From Moniliella sp. 'wahieum' (taxonomy: Eukaryota): a DNA stretch of 64,000 nucleotides. The notes under the pieces were generated by a model. The model searched no databases. It saw only the letters and a list, made by a program, of their open reading frames with translations, and was not told the DNA's origin. The position numbers and the translations under genes were made by a program. Position 1 is the stretch's first letter. Each line of letters begins with the position of its first letter. Positions 37,536 to 50,385 of this stretch are shown in pieces. The DNA lies in contig RSEE01000144.1 of the NCBI GenBank assembly GCA_003971905.1, positions 1-64,000 on the forward strand, given 5' to 3'.

Positions 37536-39313
37536 ATGGCTTATTACATTGGTGTTGACGTTGGCACCGGCAGTGCCCGTGCCGCTGTGCTCGACGCCAC
37601 TGGCCACGTCTTCGGCGAGAGCACCCAGGAAACCATCACCTACCGTTGCCCTGACGACGCCCACATCTTTGAACAGAGCACCCTCAACATTTGGACCTGC
37701 ATTTCCCGCGCGTCAAGGAAGCGCTTGCGCTCGCCAAGCTCGATCCGGCCCAGATCAAAGGCGTGGGCTTTGACGCCACCTGTTCGCTCGCCGTCGAGCG
37801 TAACGGCCAGGCCCAAAGCATCACCCCCGCCACCGGCTTTGGTCTGGGTGAGCGCAACGTCATCCTGTGGGCCGACCACCGGGCCGAGCAAGAGGCCAAG
37901 ACGATTAACGGGACAGGAAATCTGGTGCTGGACTATGTCGGAAAAACCATGTCGCTCGAGATGGAGATTCCCAAGGTGCTCTGGCTCAAGAACACATGCC
38001 GGTCGATGTGTTTGCCCAATGCGAGTTTTACGATTTGCCCGATTGGCTCACGTACAAGGCCACCGGCAGCAAGGCGCGCAGCAACTGCTCCTTGGTGTGC
38101 AAATGCTCCTACGTCCCCCCCGGCGTTGCTGGCAGCACCCTCGGCTGGCAGCCTTCCTTTTTCTCACAGATCGGACTGCAAGAGATGGTCGACACGCAAT
38201 TCCGCCAGCTTGGCGGGATCCCCGGCCAGGCGGGCTCGTGCTCACGGCCGGTCAGCCTGTCGGCCACGGTCTCACCGCCCAAGCCGCGTCGGACCTCGGT
38301 CTGCTCCCGGGTACACCCGTTGGCTCGGCGGTGATTGATGCGTATGCCGGGTGGGTCGGGACGGTAGCGGCGAGTGCGACCAATGCCAAAGCGGGTCACA
38401 ACACGACGGTCGATCTGGCTCACTCGGGCCACCGACTGGCCGCGATCGCAGGTACGTCGACGTGTTACTTGTCCAAAGCCAAGATGGGATCCTCGTCCCA
38501 GGCGTTTGGGGACCGTACAAGAACGCCATCTTCCCCGACTTGTGGATGAATGAGGGAGGGCAGTCGTCAACCGGCCAGCTCATCGATTTCGTCCTCAACA
38601 CCCACCCGGCCATTGCCACAGTCAAGGCGGCTGCCAAGGAAAAGGGCCAAAACCTATTTGTCTATCTTGACGCGTACCTTCACCAACTCCAAGCGGAAAC
38701 CAAGGTCCCTTCCCTCTCGCACCTCACCAAGGACCTGATGATCTACCCCGACTTTCATGGAAACCGCTCGCCTCTGGCTGACACGACGATGCGCGGGATG
38801 ATCGTTGGTCAGCGGCTGGATGCAGGCGTGAAAGACTTGGCACTCAAGTACTTTGCCACGCTCGAGGGCATCGCACTCCAAATGAGGCAGATTATTGGCG
38901 AGATGAACAAGGCGGGTCATTCCATTCGTGAGATCTACATGTCAGGCGGGCAATGCAAGAATAAGACGTTTATGCAGCTCATTGCCGATATCTGCAATGT
39001 ACCTGTGCATTTGCCACCTTCAGCGGGGGGTGCTGTTGTCGCCGGCTCTGCCATCCTGGGCAAGTTTGCCGCCGACCAAGTGGCCAGCAAGGTGACCATC
39101 GCCTCCCAAGCGGATGCGCAAGCCGCTGCGGGCCAGTGGAGGGAGCACCTCTGGAACCTTATGCGGGACATGACACCCAAAGGCGAGTTCCTCTACCCGC
39201 AGCTTGACCTGCACGGGGCCAAGCTTCTCCAGGCCAAGTTTGATGTCTTTATCGATATGATTGCGAGCCAGCGCAAGTGGCGCTCTACAATCTCGCAAGC
39301 GGCTACCCAGTAA
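37536..39313 (+). CDS. FGGY-family pentulose/ribitol kinase (D-ribulokinase-like)
   Basis: YYIGVDVGTGSARA, GVGFDATCSL, NVILWADHRA, MSLEMEIPKVLWLK, DLPDWLT, IDAYAGWVGT, IAGTSTC, GVWGPY, EGGQSSTGQL, YPDFHGNRSPLAD, SGGQCKN. Confidence 0.94.
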
Positions 39314-39364
39314 AGCTATCGCCGACATTGACAAATGCACCAAGGAAAGAGCAGGAACATGACA

Positions 39365-40364
39365 TTATTTGATGAAGCGCTGTGGAGTAGATGGGAGTGT
39401 TAGTTCCTTTGATGTTGCACGTAAAGAAAAGAAGAAGAGTACGCACGTAGAGGAATTTCTTGTGGAACTCGGTGCCTACAAGAAGGGGGGAGGTAGTCAG
39501 TATCCGCCCACCCACTCGCGTTCAGGCGAAAAAAGAAAGAAGAAAAGAACGTACGCGTCATGTCGTTGATGTAGCTGCTCTTGTCCCGCTTGTCCACCCC
39601 GGCGGCCTGGTTCTTGAAAATGACATCTGCTGCACGTTAGCTTTCCTGTGGTCTGCCACGCCCCACGCCACCCAAACGTAGTAGGACGTACCATCATCCC
39701 ACCTGCGCTTGACCCCAAATCCGCCCGCCCCCACAGCCTGCTCCAAATTCAACAACGGATTGCCCCGTGCAATCTCATCTTCCCGCTCGCTCTCCGCTTG
39801 GGCCGCTGCGTCCCGTTCGAGGCGCGCTTTCTCCTCAGCACGCTCCTTCTTGATCTTCTCCAACTCGGCCAATAATGCCGCCGTATCATCTTCGTCTTCC
39901 TCCTCGTCCGACTCCTCTCGGACTCGGACTCGGACTCGGATTCGGACTCGGATCCGGAAGCCGAGTCGGACGCTGCGTCAGAAGCGCGTGCCTTGCCCTT
40001 GCCCTTATCCTTGCCCTACCCTGGTCGGGCTGGGACGCTTCCTCCTCTCGTCTTCGCTCTCCGCGTCCGCCTGGAGAGCAGCTTGAATCAACCTCCTGCG
40101 CTTGGCCTCAGGTTCGTCATCGGCCTGATCGGCTTCCGGCTCAGGCTCAGGCTCGGGAGCCAAGCCCTTGTCAAGACGGCGCTGGTTGCGGGCGGTGCGC
40201 TCGGCGCGCTCCAGCTCCCGCTTCAAGTCGCTGCGGTCGTGCGGGGCCGTGTCGCGGCGGAGCTTGAGAACAGTATGGGCGGCGAGTGTCTGTGGGTTAC
40301 GCGGCTTCCAAACACGGCTTCGCCGCCGCGGCGGGGTCCCACGTAGGCCGTGGGCAGACGACAT
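39365..40364 (-). CDS. CWC15: Pre-mRNA splicing factor Cwc15
   Basis: MSSAH..., AHTVLKLR, acidic region, [59 protein letters not shown]. Three short introns near the 3' end. Confidence 0.92.
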
Positions 40365-40634
40365 GGGTGGTGGTCAACGTTCAACCAAGCTCCGTGGTGT
40401 GTTGGCCCGCCGCCGTCGAGGTGCGATGGTCGATGGGGGGCGCAGCCGCTGCTCTTGGCGGCCAGGCGGACAGATTGAAACATTGCCGCAGAACCGCTGG
40501 TTGCTGTCGAGCCGAGTCAGACTTCCGCCGCCTGCTGTTCCGCCCTGCCGAGGCGCGTAGCGTAGCGTGAAGCGCGGGGTGGCAGTGAGTTGTGGTCCAG
40601 TGGCCAGCGCTGTAACCCCCGCCCGCATCCCACC

Positions 40635-41519
40635 ATGGCCGCCACGGCCCCTCTGGCCTGCCGCTCGACAGCTCCTACCGCCTCGTCCCTTCCTTCCGCC
40701 GTGCGCGCCCGCATTCTGCTGCGCCTTCTGCCGCCTCCTCGCCAGCGGCCGAGGAAAGCTCCGGGTCCGAGTGGGAGTACTCGGAGGACGAGGAGCTGGT
40801 CACGCTCGACCTCGGGCGGTGGGGACAAGAGCATAGCGATCCTGCTGGTCATGTGGGTGCGGGTGCAGGGGAGTCGAGTCAGTGTGCGGTGACTGGCTTG
40901 CACACCGCCACCCCCTGGCTGCAGCGGGGCGAGGTAGTGTACCAGGGCCAGTGGACGCGGTTACTCGGGACTGAGATTCTACTGGAGTGTACACGTGGTG
41001 CGTTGGGCGTCCTCCCCTGCCGCCCTGGATGCCGCCTTGGTATACTGACTGTGTGTGCTTGGTTGGCTTGACCCTAGGTATGGATGGCCGTCCCAGTATG
41101 CGACCCTTTTCCCAACGTCGCGCTACGACCGGGGAACCTTCGACGACGCGGTCCCGCATTCTCTTCACGCCCACTGTCCCGGTAGGAGAGACAGTGCCAG
41201 CTTCGGAGCCCAAGCCTGTTTTTCCACATCTGCGTGGCCAGGGCGGTCGGATCGGGCCGACGACCGACGCGTCGGCAGGACGTAAGCCTCGCATGGACGG
41301 GCGCACCTATGCCCAGGACTGGATGGCCAAGGTGGAAAATGCACTGGAAAGGCGAGAGGTGCTGTACAGCCGCGGTGAGCTGCCGTCCAATGGCAAGATG
41401 CGCATGAGTCAGTCTGAGCTAGCCAGGCGACGCTTACGCTCCCAACCGGCCGAGCAGACCGCCAGTCGGAGCACGAGGAACGGCCTGATCCCAAGGAGCG
41501 GTCTGCTCCCGATGCGTAA
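40635..41519 (+). CDS. TFIIIC subunit 6 / triple-barrel domain protein
   Basis: EWEYSEDEELVTLDLG followed by VTGLHTATPWLQRGEVVYQGQWTRLLGTEILL, which matches the TFIIIC_sub6 pattern (GLDT..P.L......F.G.W...LGTE). Probable intron at ~40998-41077. The end is uncertain. Confidence 0.75.
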
Positions 41520-43550
41520 TGGGCCATGCATCCGCAGTGGACCTGTGTGTGGCAGGGCATATCAAATCCTGCCCTGTCCCAAGAACCGCGGGAAGAACTC
41601 TTTTGAGCTCAGCTCGCGATGAAGGGGGGGGGGGGGGGAGGGGCTGCAATGGTGAGTCAGGAATCTTTTTCCAGCCTTCGTGCCAACGTTACGATCACCA
41701 ATTTCCTTCTTCGGCTCCCAACCACGCCCCATTCTCGCTGCTGGAAGCCATCGGGCTCAAGCGCGCCTCCCTGGTCGCTCCTGAAGCTGGATCCAGGTTC
41801 GTGGCTACTATGGCTGCCGCTGACTGCCACCAGCCGCCGTACTGTCCCCATCCTACCTCCGGTTCTTGTAGGTATGAGTAGGGAAATGGTGAATGAGGAA
41901 GATGGACACTCCCTGTTAATGCCCAGTGTCCTGAACGAGGCATGCGACCGGCTGAGCCCCCTCTCCGATCACCCGGCATTTGGAGAGTACCAGATATGTT
42001 ACCATGTTGTGCATGTTGGCTACTATTTGAGCTCAAACTGAGTACCACGCCCCCAGTTGTAAGAGACTTGCGGAGGCGGGGTCGAGTGAATGAGCGATGA
42101 GCGATGAGCACTCTCTGGTGAGTCCACGCCCGATCTACTCCACCAGTCTGGACGAAGGTAGGATGTGGCAATGCCTGTTAGTGATTAGGTTTTGGAGCAC
42201 AGCCGCGGCTTGACGGTCAGCTTTCGGCCTGCCTCAAGGAGCGCCCATGCCCCATCTACATTGTGACATGACAGGCAGACGCGGAGGTGCAACTTGAGTC
42301 GTGGAGCCCAGTTCAACAGTGCATCCGGCGGTAATAGATTTTTATTGGCCTGCTACAGTCCCCTGAACGTAACCCCATTGCACCTACCAGTCGCCTCCCC
42401 TCTGTACCCTTCCCACCTCAGTCGATACTATCATTCGTCCGTCATTGCGAGCGAGACGGCTTGATCTGCGCTTGCGTGTGCGCGTATTGCTTTGTGGCTG
42501 GAAGATACGGGCAGCGTGTTTCCCTCAAGTGCCAATGCCACATAGCTAATCGAAAATGCCGGTAACAAGGTTCCGGATAGATATGTGAGGACTACGTACG
42601 AATTCAAGGTGGGCAAGGCCCACAAGATTGTGCACCAGAAATTTCGATTAGCCATGCACAAAAGAGTGTATTTCTTCACTCCATTTTAATCTCTGCAACC
42701 ACTTCTTTCAGTATTACGGTATCCAAAAGACCACATCTCTACCCAGGAGCATACCGACGATGTAGACATCGCAATGCCGGTGGTCGACCTCACTTGGGCG
42801 TCAGCCGCATGAGGCCGCACACCTGTGCCCCTCACATAATTTCGGTGGCTCAGGGCCCTCTTCTTGCACGCAGCATGGGGAAGATGTCAGCGCAGATATC
42901 GGTCGCAGTGGAGCCCTCCAGCCGCCAACCTGTGTGTCTTTTTGCTTCCACCACCGCCCTCGACTCGACACGCTCCTCCTCTCTCTGCCACCCACATGTA
43001 TACGCCCTGTTGTGGGTGGTTAAAACGTTGTTTGGCTACTGTGAATGCAAACCACGAACGAATAATCCTATGCGCCATGCCACAAACGCTCGACCAGCTG
43101 GAACCGTTCTTTGGGGGGGTTCGTCTCGCCACCGGTACTTCTCAAGGAGGGAAGGACGAAGAAGCCCGGCCCCCGTGCGGCGGAGGTGGTGAGTGAATAA
43201 CCGTGATACAGTGATGCGAGTGATGCAACATGCATTTGGCAAGGCAGAACATGTGCCCATGCGAAGCGTGTGATGCAAGTGACATGTGATATGAGCCAAT
43301 TTCCCCCCCCCCCGGAACCGGACGCGGGTGACGTCATCATCCCCCCGCTAATGTATGCTGCGAGAAGTCACTAATCTAAAACACTCCAAGAGATGCGATG
43401 GAATTTTCACACGCCATCGGTTATTGGCGCCACAGGACTTCTGTTTGGGTTCGTAATAACGCGTAACGTACGTTCCTACGTTCGTTGTCGACCTGAGAAC
43501 CAACCCCAGCCCACCTTGTTTTCTGAGCTTCCCGCGTCGCACCGTCCACG

Positions 43551-43597
43551 TCAAGCGTCACGCGTCACGGCGTCATGCCATCATCCATCATGCATCA
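43551..43597. repeat. TCA-N4/N5 periodic array with mixed spacers
   Basis: TCA at 43551, 43558, 43565, 43573, 43581, 43588 and 43595. Confidence 0.85.
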
Positions 43598-45195
43598 ACC
43601 ATCCTCGTGTGTCCTCTCTCTCTGCCCCCCACTGCTCGGGGTCCAGGGAGGGCTGAATCTGTCATGCATCCTATTCATCCATGACGTCACCGATCATCGA
43701 TGCCCTCCCCCCTCCTCCAATAAGCTCCACCCCAGCATCCACACACTGGAATTCCACACCTGTCGAACTTCTGATAAGGCTGGGGTTGCCGGTTGCCACC
43801 CAGTACCCATTTCCAAGGGCCAGCGTGGGCCCTGCTGAGCGATGACACAGATGGTGGCGGCGCGCACAGCGCAACACCCTATACTGCATGAAGCATGTGC
43901 ATGAGATGCATCGGGGCTGGCCACTCGCAGGCCTAGGCCCTCCTAGCCTGCCCTATGATAGACTTCCAAGGCCCACGTATTGTGTGGTGGCCTAGCGTGT
44001 GGAGAGGGTGCCGGTGAGGGAAATGGGGAAAGCTTTGTCCCGGCCCGTGGGGGGCAGCAGACCCTACCCGATCGCGTTTCCAGAGCTTGTGGAAGCGCTA
44101 AGGCTGGAGAGTACTCCCAGTACTCAGACTGAGTGTCCTTCCAGGCCACTGCACCATCTATGGTATTGCCACCTGGCGCCTGTCCCAGCGGGCTCAGCCT
44201 GAGCGCTCACATGCTCACAGCGATGGCCTAGCCCCACGGTATTTTTGCGTTGTAACATTAGCATGTCAACCAAATGGATCGATCGTTCCAGTTACTGCGG
44301 TTATCGAGTTATCGGTTACCATTGCCCACAAAAGTTGATTACAACACACAGTGAGCGCGGGGCACGGCAGCCGAGAGGTCTGGCCAACCGAATCGGAGCG
44401 TAGCGCTGCGCGACGGATGCCAGGAGCTTCTCTGAGCGCTGCGCTTACTGGCGCCCACAGCGGCAGTGGCAGCCATCTGGTGTGCATGGACCACACGCCA
44501 CGGAGGCAACATGGCCTGAGCCTGAGCCTGGCGGGTTGCTGCCCACGCTGGACCTCAGGTTTTCGGTCATCGAGGTCTCATCGTCATCTCTCTCCCAAGC
44601 CGACCCGGGCGGGTTAGTACTTGAGTACTCGAGTGGCCTGCCCCGTACCCACCCGCGACCGGCATGGGAAGACCAGCGGGGGCACCCGGGTGGTGCCGGA
44701 GCCGTAGCCGGGGCAGCCCGGACACGGGCCGGGGCAGCGGCAGCGGGTGGGACGAGGCAGCAGGGCAGCCGCTGGCTGCCCCCCCGCCTGCTCTGACGAC
44801 CGGGGAGAGTAGGGTTGGGTGTGGAGTGTTGAATACTGCGTGGGGCCCCCAGTGCCCGGTGCCCCGAGCGGCTCAGCTGCCTCAGCGCGATTGGCGCTGG
44901 CCAGACGTTGGCTGGGTCCGATCGGGTGGCACGACCGGTCACCGGTCACCGGTCATCCGAGCCTGGCCGCACGGGGACAGTCGTCCCCCCCGGCCGCCCC
45001 GGCTGATTGTCTGGGGCCCCGGCCAGGCCAGCGCTTTCGTGTGCGACTGCATGGGCTACTGATAGCGGGGGGTATATATATACCGCCATGCCTTTCCCCC
45101 CCTCCTTGGCGTGTATCCCCCCTCTCTCCTTATCGCCCTTGATCCCAAGCTCTTCTGCCCCCGCACGCCCCTCTGTCTTCCCATCGTGATCCCAA

Positions 45196-45610
45196 TGCCT
45201 TACATCAACGTTGCTGTTGCTCCTGCCCCGTCGGAGGTGAAGGTGTGTGGGTGCCGTCGCAAGCGGTGGCCGAGCAAGCTTTGACGGCGACCCAGAGCGG
45301 AACCAAGCGTCCTTCCATCTCGGCGCCCTCGCCTTCCGACCTCGATGCTTCGGACGACGATGAGGCATTCGGTTTGATGACCGTGCGGCGTACAACCGTT
45401 TCCTGCTCAAGGTGCGGTCGGCCTAACGCGTACCGTCTAGACCACGTATCTGTTGTGCACGATGGATTGATTCCTCGCTTGCTCGCCTGTTCGCGTTTCC
45501 TCGCTTGCCCCGCTGGCTCGGGTCTCGGTCTCGGTCTCGGTCTCGGTCTTGGTCTTCGCAATTATCATCTTGGGAGGCCGCCGAATCTCCTTCCTCCTGC
45601 TCTGTTTTGA
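45196..45610 (+). CDS. Possible small orphan protein
   Basis: TATATATATA at ~45073, CT-rich leader, ATG at 45196 (MPYINVAVAP). After a probable slip it continues ...DLDASDDDEAFGLMTVRRTTVSCSRCGRP. Confidence 0.35.
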
Positions 45611-46654
45611 GCCTCGTGTTCGGTTCCCGTGCTTCTACCATGTTTTTCTCCTGCCGCCCCCCCCCTTCCCCCGGATGTACAAGTACATGTTGCTGGGGTG
45701 GGCGTCCAAGATCGTGTTCTCGCGCATAATACGTTTGAGTGAAGCGTTGCCCTTGTCCTTGCTCCCCTTGTTTCTGCTCTGCTTGGGTGTTGCTTCCCTA
45801 TGCCTTCATCTCAATTTATCTCGGAATCGCATTGTTTGTGCAATGGACGGGTGGGATAGTCTTTCCATGGTCTCTTTACAGAATGCTGTGGTGTAAGTGC
45901 AGTGCCATCCATCGCATGACCTCGCACGGCATCTCGTGGCATCGCACGGCATCTCGTGGCATCGCATGGCGTCGCATGGCTATAGCATGCCATGGTACGC
46001 TCCGATCCCCCGGCACAACGCACTCTGACGCCCTACCTCCCACCTTGTTGCTACGCGCCAGCGAATCTACGGACTACGCACATGAGCAGACCAAAGGCAC
46101 AGGGGCAAAAATAAGTAAAACTAGCCAGTGGTTGGCAGAGGGGACAAAGGAAGAATTAAGGAAGGTGGGATTAGGACCGCGGCAGGCGGCGGGGAAGGAA
46201 CGAGAGAGACAAGGGAAGTAGTGGGTAAGTATGGGTATGATGAACACGTGCAGAACAAAAAGAGAGTAGCGGGTCTGTGCGGAGAAGGGTGGGAAAAGGC
46301 CGGGGAAACGCGCCGGGACCAGGACAGGGACAAGGACAGGGACAGGGAAGGAACGGTAACAGAGCACATCCGCATGTCACCAGCCGTGCCGTGCGACACG
46401 GTACACGGTGGTACAAGGAACAGTGAATGCTCGCATCAAACAAAAGCCCACAATGGGAGCGGGGTTGGCGCCCAACCCAGCATGGACCGAGGTGCGATGG
46501 GACGGCAGGGGTGGGGCACTGGCGTGCAAAGGGGGGTGGAAGACATGGTGCGGATAGGGCGGGGGATGGGGTGGGAAGTGGGGCGTAAGGACGGGGCCGC
46601 GATCGCGAGGAGGCCGCGTTGGGTGTGGCGTGGTGAGAAACGACCTTGGCTGGG

Positions 46655-47860
46655 TCATTGGCGGCAGCGGAGAGAGCATAGAGGAGGAGGTGGGGTCGGA
46701 TTCCCAGTCAGAGTCGGGATGGGGATGGAGATGAGCCAGAGAGAAGAAGGGGTGGGAGGTAACGGGAAAACGCAGGATCGGGTTCGGGGTGGGTTCGGAG
46801 TTGGGTTGGTTTCCAAAGGCCAATTGGCCAGTGTTGCCCGCAACACTTCCACCGAATGGTACGGCTGCAAATGCAAGGGACGGAGACGGTACTGTTGCGC
46901 AGCGCCACGGCCGCTTGTGAGCTCAAGACCGGGTCCGCGGCGCGGGGGCAAGAAGAGCATGCAGGCGCGGAGGGGCTAGGTCGTACCGACGGACGAGGAG
47001 AGCGAAAGTGGACGGTGCTTGTGCACTGCGGCTCGCATGCCCAGGGACTAGGTCCCGGCCGATGCGCTTGATCCGTCGGTCGAGGGGGAGGTCGAGGTGC
47101 GAGGGACCGTAAGACGCGGGACGCGGACTTTGCGGCTCGTCTTCCTCGTCCGCGGGGGGCACGGTATCGATCCGACTTGGCTGCTAGGCTCCTGGGCCCA
47201 GGGATCGTCCTCGTGCGCCGAACGGCGTTTGCGCAGTTCACGCACTTCGTCTCCCCCGCTCTCGCTTCGGTAGCGCATGGGGACGAGGGGCGGGACGGGT
47301 CATGCTGGGCATGAGGACTGCCGCTGCGCTGTGGTCGATGGGGGGGAGGCGAGGCGAGGCGGGCAACCTGACGGCGGCGCAGCGATACTTGGGTTGGACG
47401 TTGGTGTCGGCTGCGACGGCGGTGTCCGGCGGAGGATCCGCATCAGTGGCGGGATGGCCATTGGGTGTGGGAGGGGCGGCGATGGGCTTGCGCCACCACC
47501 ACCCCCAGCGCGGCCGATCGTGGTCGGCGGGGGCGAGGCGGGAGGGGAGACGAGGAAGGCGAGGCTGGGGGTGCGCCTGGGCACGATCTGCCTGGGGCGA
47601 GGGCGGGAGGATGCATGTGTCTTTGTAGCCAGCCTCGGCGAGGAGTCGTGGAGGGAGTCGAAGGCGTCGGGGGAGGAGACGCAGGAGCGGGGCCGGTGGG
47701 GCTGGCGCGGGGAGGTGGCGGGGGGAGGGTGGGGGGCGGCATGGGGGTGGGCGCAAGCGGCGGCAGGGCGCAGGCAGACAGGGCGGGGTGGGCGGACCAG
47801 GGCGAGTGGCGGAGGATGCTGCAAGGAGCCGACTCCTGAGTGGCCAGTGGAATTGCACAC
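46655..47860 (-). CDS. Possible Pro/Ser-rich hypothetical protein (fragmented)
   Basis: Overlapping minus-strand ORFs with protein-like segments (RRTPSLAFLVSPPASPP; EVRELRKRRSAHEDDPWA; LRPLHLQPYHSVEVLRATLANWPL). No family recognised. Confidence 0.35.
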
Positions 47861-50385
47861 AACGTTGTGTTGCTTCTCATGCGGCGGGTGGCGTGGGCGG
47901 GGCGGGGGGGGGTAGTGTGTGCTGCCGAGGAGGAACGAGGGCGAATAAGCTTTCCTGTCCCAATTTCAATTCTGCAAGCGGCTCATTGGCGTGACGCGTG
48001 ACGCGTGACGCGTGAAGCGCGTGAAGCTTGGCGCTTGGAGCTGCAAGCGGGCCGCTGGACCCTGGGCGCTGGATCTAACGCGCGTCCCCCTTCCACCAGG
48101 CATGCATAACCAAACATTTCGTTCCTGCATCCGCTGCCATCTGTTACGTAACCCGCCGCCACGCCCTGCTCCTTCGCTTCGCTTCCCTTGCCCACCACCC
48201 ACGTTGGGCCCCCATGGGTGAGTACTTGTGGCCGGTACGTCCTCTGCCCCCCCCTCGGTGGTGTCGGCGGCCCCGTGCGCTGACACGTCCAGGTACGCCG
48301 ACATGGCGTTCGGCGTGGCCACGGCGCCTTTGCGTACATCCTGTGGGAGCGCGAGCCCTCCAGCCCCCCCTCCCAGCCGGGCGGCCGTACCTTGGCCGAC
48401 TTGTTGCAAGGAAGATTCGGCGGCCCACCTCCCGGCCCTGCCCAGGCTGGCCAGCAAGAGACAAAATGACCCATCTTGTTCGGTTGCAATTCATTTTGCC
48501 AATGCCCTTTGTTGAGTCACCGGGGGGGAACTCGTGCGCTGAGGAGCCAAGGGTTCCTTCAGGCCGTCTCTAGGCCTAGGAGCTGCCCTGTGTTCTCACT
48601 TCTGTTGTACTCGTCCGCACCCAGGTCCGGGGGCCAGTGGCTTGTTTAAGGCTTGTTTTGATGTCGCTGTAGGTGTCGTTGGTTAGGCTCTAGGGCAGGG
48701 TGGACCTTGTTTTTGGCATGCCCCACTAGCATGCGGAGGGGATCCGTCCTTTTAATGCAGGCCAATGTTGATGATCCGAACTCCTCCATCAGGCTGGAAC
48801 GCAAGGTACATAGTCCTCTCCTGGCTTTTTCTCCAATGCGATAGTAACGCACACGTAGCGTCGGGAGAGTGGGAACTCAGCTTTGGTGCTGTTCCAGCGG
48901 TTGTTGCAATGTTATGGTCATTCTTCGTCCGTGAGCGACATGTTCATTTTTTTTCCGGAACTTGCTGACCTCTGTCTAGGAACGTGTGCGGGCGCTGAGT
49001 ATATGTAGAGCGGCATCGTTGAGATCGTTCCGTCGACGTTACGTGTGTGCTTGCGGGGGCCACAGTTTCCGATCGATGTTGCTGTTGCGGTCTTTTTTCC
49101 TGCTCCATAGTACACTATGGTGCCCACAGTTAAGATACCGCATTTGCGTCTCGTCAAGATCAAAACGACTATAACGATCTTTGATGATCATTACCCGGCG
49201 TGCTTTCTCCCCCACTTCATCTCATTCCTTTCCCCGATTCTCACCGGGGCGTTGGTCCCGCAGTGGCCCCTCTTCGCGCGGGGGGCGGGGGGCGTATACC
49301 ACAGGGAGGCACGGATTCTACCTGTTTGGTGGCACCTTGCGGGGTGGCCCCAGTGAGGGCCCTCGTTCCCGCGGTGGCACCAACGACCATACTATGACTT
49401 TCCTAGCACCGAGCAGTTAACTTCCAGTGGTCTCAGTTCATTCTATGGTGACTCTCCGGTGCAGGCCACCCGCACGTATTGCAAAACAGTTGGCGCTATC
49501 GCCCTGGGTATTTTCTTTCCTTCCCCGAGACTAGGAGCAGTGTGGGAGTTTCACTGAGCATCTGCCTGATACTCCCCTCCCCCGCAAATAATAGTACACT
49601 TTGCCTAGTCGCTTTCTTTTGCTTCCCTGTCAACCCTCCTATTCGTTTCCCGTCCGAAATACACCATTGAAACCTCATCAATCGTCATTGATCGTCAGAC
49701 CCAGGTCAGAGCAAGCCAAATCAAGTCCCCGGGGGTTGGGGCGGGGTATTGGATGAGCAGGCACGCGCTTCTTGGCTGAGCACCGGGCTCAGCGGTAGTA
49801 CTGTAGATACGGATGTCGAGGAGCTGAGAGCTGAGAGAGAGAGCAACAGAGAGCGAGACAGTGGGCACAGGATGGGGTGGCAAAGCAGGAGAAAAAGCCA
49901 GAGGTCGAAGGATCCTGGACCAGCCAGAACAGAACCGAAAAGAACAGGAAGAGGAAAAGAGAAAACGAAATCAACATGCCAATTATCCAGTCATTTTTCT
50001 TCGATTCTTTGCTCTAAGTCAAAACCAAACAGTGGAGAGAAAATCGCTGTGGGGGAAGTGTCACGAACATGAACGTAACATCCCTATGAAGGGGCATTGT
50101 AGAATGCCCATGGTACGTCTCGTTTAACGCCCTTTTCCAGAACAGATGAAATTCACAAGAAAGATCGGCCATGGCCGTTTGACACCTACCGATTCAGTGA
50201 TCGTGCCTCTCATCCCCGAAAGACATGCGATCCGTGGATGGGAAGAAAAAGTAACCAAAGACAAAACGAACGAGGGTAGGATGGTAAGCTGTGGAGAGCA
50301 CGTCGTATCCGAGGCCCCACCCACCCCCACATGCCGCGGCACGTGCCCCCCCCCCCCCCTGCTCCCCCATCAAACCGAAAAGAAG

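Noticed and set aside
13484..39313. Polyol/pentose or cell-wall gene cluster (oxidoreductase + FGGY kinase; GH128 + KRE6)
   Set aside because: The genes are more than 13 kb apart and interleaved with unrelated housekeeping genes.
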